DNA of 64,000 nucleotides from the human T2T-CHM13v2.0 reference genome, Homo sapiens: NCBI RefSeq assembly GCF_009914755.1, contig NC_060929.1, one strand, 5' to 3'. How positions within the stretch are numbered: position 1 is the stretch's first letter; each line of letters opens with the position of its first letter. The translations under genes were made by a program, and so were the position numbers. The notes beneath the pieces were generated by a model, which was given only the letters and a program-made list of their open reading frames with translations, did no database searches and was not told the DNA's origin. Shown here piece after piece: positions 53,801 to 64,000 of this stretch.

Positions 53801-56800
53801 TAAGGAGTTGAGCTGGATTCTTGTAACACTGAGCAGTGGTGGCATGCAAATGTGCATGAGCCTTCAGAGCTCTCCTCCTATTTGTTAACTCTCCTCCGAA
53901 GTTTTTTGAAATCTGTGGTGAAATAGCTCTTTTTTTAAACAAAAACTTTTAACCCAGAGAAAATATGCTTAATCCCTTTGGGAGACAATGAGGGCATCAA
54001 ATATCTGAGATATTTTTATTGATTGATTTCTTTTTTTAAAAGGCCTTCCTCTCACAATAACTGCTTTATCCTTCTTCTAAAATCAGTCTACACTCCTTAC
54101 TACACCTCTGAAAACCATCTCCAAATCATCATGTGTCTGTCACCCCTTACCCTTGTCCTGGGATTCTCCCCAGCCAGTGCTCTTTTTTTCAGGTTATTGA
54201 TGTGGGAAGATAGGTTCTGAAGCTTTTAAGCTCTTCTTGATTTCCATCAGCTTCGAAATGACTTCACATCAACACACAGTAAACAGAAGTTCCTTTATGC
54301 AAGTTTAGATCCAAGACAAATTCCCTGGTTGCCCTTCCTTACCAGATTGCCACCTCAGGATCTTCTTTTCTAGATATTCTAAAGCCACTACTGAATTATT
54401 ATCGTAGTCTCCCCAAAGTCTTCATATTTCATGGTGCTGATGTTTGACAGGACACCTTCACCAGCCTGCTTCTGTTAAGAGACCACTATGAGGGGTCCAT
54501 TGCGGGGTGGAGATGGAAGCACACACAGAAAGCACTCCTTGCTCTTAAGTTCCTGGCATGTACATGCTTTTACAGTGGAAATCTCATGACACGGCCTATG
54601 GCCTGCTTTCCTTAGCCTTGTGCTACCATAAATGTTTAAACAGTAACTACTATATTTAGAATAATTCCCCTCTTATAGGTCAGGTCTTACTCATTCTGCC
54701 TTAGGTTGGTATAGCTAAGTGAAAAATGCACAATTTAGAATCTAGCAGAACTAAAATTCTGACTGTTCCACCTGTAAAACGTGCGATATTGAGCCAATGA
54801 TTTAAATTCTTCATATGACAGTTTTCTCAAATGTAAAAGAAGTGACGTGTCATGATTTCACTGATATTTTGATGTGAGAAATACAATTTAAATAACATAA
54901 TGAAGAAAATGCCTGCCACATTACAATTATTTGCTCAAATAATGAATCTAATTTTTCTTTATTAATAAGAAATCAGACTTACTCTCATAGAGATGTCATA
55001 TTTCACCCCAATAATAGAAGCTTGAGAAAATAAGATCAATCCAGATTAAAAAAATATAAGACATACATCAGATGTCATATGTGTATTACACTGCTTCAGT
55101 GTCTCAGTGGGCAGGGAAAGTCAAGTTTATAAATGCCTTTATTTCCAGAATCCAAATTAATTACGTTCATTGTAAATGCAGATATGTAGAATACCTGGGG
55201 TACAAGAAAGTGATCATGTAGAATTAATAAAATATAAAAACAGTGTAGTGGCATTTATGGGAACAATGATTTTCAAGAATAAACAGCTTCTACTTAGACA
55301 CACTAAAAACTAAGTGGTATTATTTTGGGGCGGGGGAACATCCCTGGTTATCATACTGGTTGATTTCTTGCTGTATCCTTTTGTTCTTTCATTGATTTTA
55401 ATCTAGCTCCTAGGTAAAATTGTTTTTTTCTTCTCTATAATCATTAGGATATAGATATGTATTTTGTCATTTCACCTTTGTATTTTGTCATTTCACCTTC
55501 CACTTCCAATCCTTTTCCTAAAAGCAATGTATATCAAAACAACTTTCTGCCTTAGTATCTTTGTACCTTGCATCACAGCAGAAAAATATCCAATGTCTTT
55601 TGTTGCTGTTGGGTGTAAATGAGGCTGATGTATTTTGGAAACTACCTGTCCAAAGCCACGGTAGTTTGACTAATGGATCTGAACAGTAATGTCAATCTTA
55701 TTCTCTTCTAAGTTTGAAGATGCTTAGTGGCAAAGAGCGGTTCATTTTTTTTAAGGTAATGCATATAGTAAAACACAATAGCATAAAGGCAACTTGACAC
55801 AGACACAACATTCTTTTTTTTTTTGGAGCACTTAAGATCTGAAATGAGTAAGTTGCACAAATTTCAAGTGTCAATAATGGATTTTCTTTAGTCCGTTTCT
55901 ACATATAAGAGGTGACTGGAACAACATATCAAGCCAGGTACGACATGCCTCTCTGGCCAAGCAAAGTGTATCGACATACCCTCCTGAGCTACTGGCAACA
56001 CAAGAGTTTTCCTTCTCTAACTTATCTTCCATCACTTGCTGGGTCCTGCAGGATCCCATTAGGCCACCCCTGGGAATTTATTTTATGCTGTGGTAGCTTG
56101 TTCTGGCTTAAGAGTTTGATTTTTTAAATAAATTTTCCTTTGCTGAAGTGGTGTGCTTAATAAGTGTTTGCCATGCCTCAAATCCATATCAAATATCACA
56201 GCCCAGCTTCTCATGTAGGTCAAGAGCAGAATGTATATTTTTTTTCCTGGGCTCACCCAATATACTTTTAATTGAATTAACTGCCAATATGTAATAAATA
56301 GATTATTATACATTTAATAAAAACATTAATATTTCTGACTACTTTAGAAAACATCAGAAGATATAGGCAATACTGAGCCAGCCGTCTGACAAGCGGTGAT
56401 TGTCCAGAGCTGAGGAGTGTTGCCTCATTTAAAGGGCATATATTCTTCAGCTCTGAGTCCTCATGATTTCTATTGTTTCTTTGAGAACAATGGCGAGTTT
56501 CAGTTGTTACCTGTCATTGCACTGGCACTGGTGTTTTCCTTAGTGGAGCAATATGTCTTTGGCACATGTCTCTATCAGAGGTGGAAACCGAAAGGAGAAA
56601 CCAAAGAGGCTGAAGAAGAAAAATCAGCTAGATTATAATTCTTAATGAAAGTGAGAAGTATCCCAGATGACTCATCCGTTTGCATCATTGCTCATTTCCT
56701 ACAGATATTTCAGTTTGCAATCCCCGTTCTAAACCCATCTGGATTTAGGGACACTAGAATTGCACTGCCTTACTGATCCATCATTTTTTCTGCAAAGAAG

Positions 56801-57014
56801 ATTGCTGTTGTTGCTTAAGATTGTTTCCTGAATAAATCTTTTACATCTTGCTGCAGTCTTACAAAGTATTGACTTATAGAAATGGCTCTTTCAGGACTTC
56901 AATCAAAATATTAAAATAAATGTGTATATTATTAGAAACACAGAAGCATATTATGGAATGGCTAACTACTCATAAAAATCATCTACCATCTGACTAACTT
57001 GGAACATTTCTATT

Positions 57015-57480
57015 AGTTGAATTTCTTTGATTGCAAACAATACAAACAGACCCTGGGTAATTTAACCAAAAGAGAATTTATCAGAAGACTAGGGGATGGC
57101 ACCACAATCAGTGACAGGACTTGGGAGAACCAGTCTCAGCACGATGGGAACAAGTACAGCTTAGGGAAATTGGATTGCAAAGTAGAGTGACAGTTCTAAC
57201 AACATGCTGCTGATGACAAGCAACATCTCCAAAAGGTTTTTGTTTTCTTATTCTTTCATCCATTGACTCAAGACTCAAAGTCCAGATGTCCAGATAGCCT
57301 ACAATGAATGACACTTGTCCCTAGGGGAGGTCAGTGTACCTTGATTGACAGCTTCACAAAGACTACAAAAAGTGGTGGAGAGGTAATTCTTTAAAAGAAA
57401 ATCCAGATCCCTATGACCAGAAGGAAAAGGAGAAGGTTGCCAAAGAGACAGCAAATGACCACTACAGAAGCTGTTCACTA
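57015..57480 (-). mobile_element. Old MLT1-type LTR
   Basis: ttgattgcaaacaatacaaac...aaaagagaatttat terminus; highly diverged. Confidence 0.5.
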
Positions 57481-60400
57481 TAATCTAATGTCTTTAATTT
57501 CTACAGTGTTTTGCAGAAAACAAAAAGACAAAAATAAGACAACAAGAAATAAGAAACAAAAAGAAAAAGAAAAGAAGACAACTCACTTTGTACCTTTGAC
57601 ACATTCTCTACAGATTGCCTTTCATGGATATAGGGCCATTTGCAGTCAGCTACATTCCCTACAAAAAGGTTCAAGGCCCTAATATGAATAGGTAAGTCTC
57701 AGTCTTGGTATTTCAATTCCAGAGAAAATTTTTTAGTAACAAAACACTTAGACTGTGAGCAGAATTGGGAAGCCTACCTAAACTACTATAGGGCAAAGAA
57801 ATAGATCAAAGTGTTAAAATATATTTGAGCAATACCCCCAATGTGAATGGCTCTATTTACCATCACTCTCAGCTAGATAAAACCTTCTAATCCATTGTGG
57901 TGCCTCAGGATAGAACATTCATTTCCCCTTTAGAGTTTGCTGGGATATCTAAGGACGTCCCATATTCTTATTTTGATCTGTGCAGCTTCGGCTATCCATA
58001 GATTGTCAGAACTAAAATGATTGTTTGTCAGAGAGTTGCCAGGGACCATTCATAGCTCAGAAGATTTTAAAATTATATCAGAAGATATCTAAAGCTTGTG
58101 ATGCTGCAGACCTGCTGCAAAGATTTGTTAGAAGCAGGGGAATTCTTTATGCTGGAGGGAAGAATTACAATAGAAACACATAGGGATTTGGGCTGATTAA
58201 GTCAAAATCTAGTTGAGTTTCATATATATTATGATCTCCTATTTGTTAATATCATCCAAAAACCTTTGAAAATCAGTAAGCCAGAAATATTCAGTATGCA
58301 GCTTGGGCCCATCAGGGAGAGTTGAAGAGACCTGTAAATTGATTTTCAGTTGTGTGTGGGGTGGGGTGGGGAGCAATGTGAGGAGTGAAGGTGTGGAAAT
58401 GAAGAAATGTGCTGAGCAGCATTGGTTATAACTTTAAGCAAATTCTTCATGCTAGGAGATAAGAGAGGCAAAGAAGAATTAGTTATAAGATCAAAATGGT
58501 GATGTGGGTGCGGGGTAGGACTTTTCAATGAATTTTCCTTCTTAACTTGCCCCTTTACCACAGTCTTACCTTTCTCTCTTCACTCCTCTTTAATACCAAA
58601 CTTGCCACAGGATGCCTGCACCCTCTTCCCATCTCGCCATTTTTATTTCAAAATGAAATATGGCCAATTTGATGTATAAATTTAATTTTGACATTGAAAT
58701 TTTCTAGAGGCTTAACTTATAATGTCAAATATAAATATACTTCAAAATTGTTTTTTCTTTCTCTAATGTCCATCCAAATTTCTTGCCTCCAACATAGTCT
58801 CATCCTTGCTTTCTGAGCCTACTGTGTTGTTAGGACATTTTATCCTCATCTCTATTTCTGTTTCCTGTGTAAAGAGAAAGGAGTAGAAGGTGGCAAGGAA
58901 AAAGTAAAAGATAACGGAGAAAAAAACTATTTTATTCAGATCCCATGTAATATTTATCTTATGTCTATCTTGCTGTCTCCTTGGTTTTAAAAACTCTACT
59001 CTGAAAAAAGTGTTTTAGTTTATTCAGGGCAGATCTAGATATGTGAGCCCTAAAGATTAGGCAAATTGGGGGAACTTTTATGGAAAAGAATATAAAACCA
59101 TGAATAGAAATTTAATGATGAATATTTATCTGGCTTCCACTTCCAGTTTATATGAAGAAGAGCTAAAAAATCTTTTCAAATCATGGTAAAAACAACAAAA
59201 TTGACAAAATGGATAAGTAAACCTTATTTTCTAAGGGGCGAAAAAGGAATTGTAGATATAATAAAGCCTTGATGAACTGAATTCCAAAGAAAAACAAGTG
59301 CTTCCTAGTTAGAGTACCATGGCAACTTCTCTACCTAGGGAACAGCTCCTGGTCTGGATACGAGTGGGTGGAGGTGTAGGCCTGATGTTGATGAAGAGAC
59401 TCGGCAGGGTTAAAAAGAAAACAGATAAGCTTTAGATGACACAGTGATGGCAGGAGATATTTGAATCTGGAAGATTCCAAGCAAAAAACAAATTTTTCAG
59501 CCAATAAGTTTCTCTGTCTGAATATTATCAAGAATTCAGCCATGAAAGAGAAGCTGATAAACAGAAAGAAATAACATATTTTTGTGTTGCTTCTATTTTG
59601 AAGCCCTGACCAAATTGAATCCAAAGGTGAACTAAAAATATTTTAAATTGCATCTCAACTTTCTCTCATTTGGAATATAAAGCAAGATAAAAAAGAGACT
59701 AGTGATACTGAAAAAATGAAGCAGGCTGATCACAGGTAAAGTCAATGCTGTGATGTAGCACAGGCTCAATTTGATTATAAAGATTCTGAATGCCAGTACC
59801 TTCCCTTAACTTTCAAACAGGGGCAGTGGCTTGCATTCACTGTCAAAGAACCAAAACAAATTAAATTTTTATAGTATTATTTTATACACCATATTCATAA
59901 TACAATAAAAGATTAGAAGATATGTGATGAAGCAGGAAAACATGTCCCATCACCAAGAAAAAAAGTCAATATAAATTGAGCTAGAAATTTCCGGGTATTA
60001 GATTAGGCAGGTCCAGAATTAAACATAACTGTGAAAAATATATTAAGTAATTTATAGGAAAAAATGGATAAAGAGATGAACTATTGTGGGAGAGAATTGG
60101 AAGTTGTAAAATAAAAAAAATTGATTAAAATTCTAAAAGTTAAAATTATAATATTTGAAAATAAAAATTTGTTGAATGGGTCTTCAAGTAAATTGTAAAA
60201 GAAAGATTCAATGAACTCAAAGATGGATCAATATAAAACATCAAACTGAAGGACACAGTTTAAAAAAAAAAAAAAGGAAAAAGTAAACAGGCCATCTGTA
60301 ACTTCCTGGAATTATCAAGAAGTTTAGCACGCTTGTATTTGGAGTTCAATAAAGAAAAAAGAGAAAGAAAAAATAGAACATATTTTAAACATGACAACCA

Positions 60401-60787
60401 AAATTTATATTTTACAAATTTTATAAAAAATTATCAATACATTGATCCAAAAGCTTAACAAACTACAAGTAGAAAGAAGAAAAACACACATAGGCATGTT
60501 ATAGTCAACTGCTGGAAACCAAAAAGAAAGAGAAAATCTTAAAAACAGACAGGGGAAAACAGAAACATTATATACAAAGAAACAGCTACAGGAATTATGA
60601 CTGACTTCTCATCAGAACACTGCAAACCAGTAGACAGCTGAATGGCTGATTCATCTAAATATTGGTAAAGATATGGACTGAATAGAACTCTCATACATAT
60701 CTGAGGTAGCTATAAAATGATATGCCAATTATGGAAAACATTTGAATTTTTCTTATATAATTCAACTTTCATCTACCTATGACACAG

Positions 60788-60839
<52 letters not shown>

Positions 60840-62413
60840 GTGTCTATATATAATATTTTCTGTATCTATTCATGTGTTAATGGACATTTAGGTTGATTCT
60901 GTATCTTTGCTATTGTGAATAGTGCTGCAATAAAGATTAGAGTCCAGATATACCTTTAATATATGGATTTCTCTTCCTTTGAATAAATATCCAATTACTG
61001 ATTCATATGGTAGTGCTCAAATTAAAAAAAACTGCAACCTCAGAACATCATAGCCAGCAAAACTGTTATTCAAATATGATGGATAAAGTCCTTCACAGAC
61101 AAACAGAAGCTGAGAGAATTCAGCACCACCAGACTCATCTTGCAAGAAATGCTAAAGGGAGTACGTTTCAAGGTATGAACCCACTGGTAAAATTAAGTAC
61201 ATGAGCAAACCCAAAATACCCTATTACTATATTTATGGTGTATAATCCACCCATAACTCTGGTATTAAGCACAAAAGACAAAATATATTAAAAATATCAT
61301 AGTTACAGCAACCTGTTAAGAGGTAATTTTAAGAATGTAAATTGAGAAAACTGAAAATCAAAATGTAGTGGAAATGAGGTTAGATTGTAGATTTTTTGCC
61401 TTTGCTTATTTCTATTCTTTGGTGTTCTAAGATAAGTTGCCATCTCTTTAAAATAACTTGTTATGTCTTTAAAATGTTTTTTGTAAGCCCCATCGCAACC
61501 ACAATGCAAAAATCTGAAATAGATTCACTAAAAATAACAGTAACAATTTAAAACATACTATCAGAGATAATAACTACAAAGGAAGACAATAAGAAAGGGA
61601 AGAAGAGGAAAGTCTCAAAACCATCAGAAAACCAGCAATAAAATGATAGTAGTTACTTATTACTTATCAATATAACACATATTGGTATAAGTAATAAGTA
61701 TATACCTTATATAACTCCTTAATTATCAATAATAACACTGAATGTAAATGTGTCAATTCTCCATTGAAAAAGCAAAGAATAGCTGAATGGATAAAGAAAC
61801 AAGACCTAACTACATGTTGCCTCAAGAAACCCACATATGTAGACTAAATGTGAAGGATCAGAAAAAGATATTCCCTGCAAATGGAAACCATAAAAGAGAG
61901 GAGTAACTAGATTCATATCATATATATAAACAGATTACAAATCTATGATTATAAAGAGACAAATTTACTATATATTGATAAAGGGGTCAATTTAGCAAGA
62001 GAATATCATAATTATATAAATATTTATGCACTCAACACCAAAGATCCCAAATATATAAAGCCAACATTAATAGACCTAAACGGGGAGATAGACTGCAATA
62101 TAATAGTAGTATAGGGCTTTAACAGCCCACTCTTAGTTACAGGCAGATCATCCAGACAGATAACAAAGAAACAGCAGAGTTAAACTACACATTAGATCTA
62201 ATAGGCCTAATTGACATTTACAGAACACTTCATGCAACTGCTGCAGAATACGCTTTCTTTTCATCACCACATGGAACATTTTCCAGAAGAGACCACATGT
62301 TAAGCCACAAAACAAGCCTGTACAAATTTTTTTAAAAATATATATCAAGTATTATCTCTGACCACAATGGAATAAAATTAGCCATCAAAAAACCAGAGGG
62401 ACCTTGGAAAATA

Positions 62414-62454
62414 CAGACAAGATTAGATGCGTTTGGGGTGATATGGCTATAGAT
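62414..62454 (-). pseudogene. 5S rRNA 5'-fragment retropseudogene (tailless)
   Basis: Matches the reverse complement of 5S rRNA nt 1-41 (GTCTACGGCCATACCACCCTGAACGCGCCCGATCTCGTCTG), differing by transitions only; 18-bp flanking direct repeat. Confidence 0.88.
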
Positions 62455-62839
62455 GGAATCTTGGAAAATACACAACCTTGGAAATTAAACAGCATGCTCC
62501 TGAACAGCCAATGGGTCAATGAAATAATTACGAATGAAATTTAAATTTTTTTAAACAAATGAAAATGGAAATACAACACACCAAAATCTATGGGATACAA
62601 CAAAATCTATGGGATACAACAAAAGATACAACAAAAAGTTGTATCTATGGGATACAACTAAAAAGGAAGTTTATAGCAATAGACACCTATATTAAAAAAG
62701 TAGAAAGATTTCAAAATTAACAACCTAATGGTGCACCTCAAGGAATTAGAGAAGCAAGAACAAACCAATTAGTAGAAGGAAAATAATAATAAAGATCAGA
62801 GCAGAAATAAATGAAACTGAGACTTTAAAAACAATACAA

Positions 62840-63140
62840 GGTCAGTGGTGGTGCCTCACACCTGTAATCCCAGCACTTTGGCAGGCCAAGGTGGGTGGAT
62901 CACTTGAGGTCAGGAATTCGACACCAGCCTGGCCAATCTGGTGAAACCCAGTCTTTACTAAAAATATAAAAATTAGCTGGGTATGGTGGTGCATGCCTTT
63001 AATCCCAGCTACTAGGGAGGCTGAGACAGGAAAATTGCTTGAATCCAGGAGAAAGAGGTTGCAGTGAGCCGAGGCTGTGTCTGCACTCCAGCCCGGGTGA
63101 CAGAGTGAGACTCTGTCTCAAAAAACAAAACAAAACAGAG
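62840..63140 (+). mobile_element. AluS inserted in L1
   Basis: Full Alu. Confidence 0.95.
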
Positions 63141-64000
63141 ACCCAAAAAAACCAAAAGGTGAAACAAAAAGTTTGTTTATTAAAAATATAAACAAAATTC
63201 ACAAATTTTTGGTTAGACTTAGAAAAAATAGAAGACCCAAATAAGTAACATCAGGAGTAAAAAAGGAGACAACAACCGAGAACACTGAAATACAGTGAGT
63301 CATTAGAGATTATTATGAACAACAGTATTTCACTTGTTCTTTTTGCACTTTTTTTGCTATCAGCCATCACCAAAAGAACATGCCCACCTAGCCCACCACT
63401 CATCACAGGTGGAGGATGAGAGCCATGTATAGCAGAGACATGAGAAGCCAAGCCTTCTGGGTAACTCCTACCTAGACCAGTTGAACCCCAGCTTACCTGG
63501 AGACACATGCATGATAATTAGTTGTTTTAAATCATGGAGTTTTGAGATGGTGTTATGCAACACTATTGTAGCAATAGCTAACCAATAAACTCAGTAACAA
63601 CATGTTACACAGCTTCATCTATTTATGGGTATCTTTAAGTTCCAGAATTTACTTTGTTGTTACTTTGCAAACAAATATGAAGTGGCAGGTATTCTTCCAA
63701 TAATGAACATTTATTTCATTAATATCCCATTTATGTCCTGCTGTTGGTTTCTATGTCTGTCTGCACACAAACTCTTTTTTCAATGCCAAATCATAGTATA
63801 ATCTTTTTGGAGACATTTTAAATAGCAATTCAACACAACTTATATGGAGCCAACAATGCACACAACTCATGTTAATTAAGGTTGGTTGTGAATAGCTGTG
63901 ATCAAGTTCATGCACATACAGGCCCTGACAGTCATGTCACAACTGTCACTTGGCTGAGAGTAATTGTAAAACACTATCAATTATGGGAAACATCTCAATT

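Larger units (their letters stand above)
59130..63320 (+). mobile_element. Composite L1 (old 5'/ORF1 region, then ORF1-ORF2 of a second L1) with inserts
   Basis: ORF1 and endonuclease-region similarity; a short antisense L1 piece and (CA)n at about 60790-61010. Confidence 0.85.

Overview
Primate (probably human) genomic DNA, rich in Alu, L1, L2, MIR and LTR elements, with no intact protein-coding gene. The main non-repeat signal is on the minus strand from about 32,640 down to 164. It is a chain of about 23 decayed exons bounded by AG/GT, many of which join in compatible phase. They sum to roughly 7.6 kb (about 2,500 codons) and the chain runs off the left edge of the window. The frames carry many premature stops, frameshifts, damaged splice sites and retroelement insertions. 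The reconstructed translation starts with a signal-peptide-like stretch and repeatedly shows Cys/Trp motifs typical of ricin-B (beta-trefoil) lectin subdomains. I read it as an unprocessed, probably unitary, pseudogene of a very large secreted multi-ricin-B protein that I cannot name; the domain call is made by eye and needs an HMM search. The right half of the window is mostly repeats, including a tailless 5S rRNA retrocopy inside an L1.
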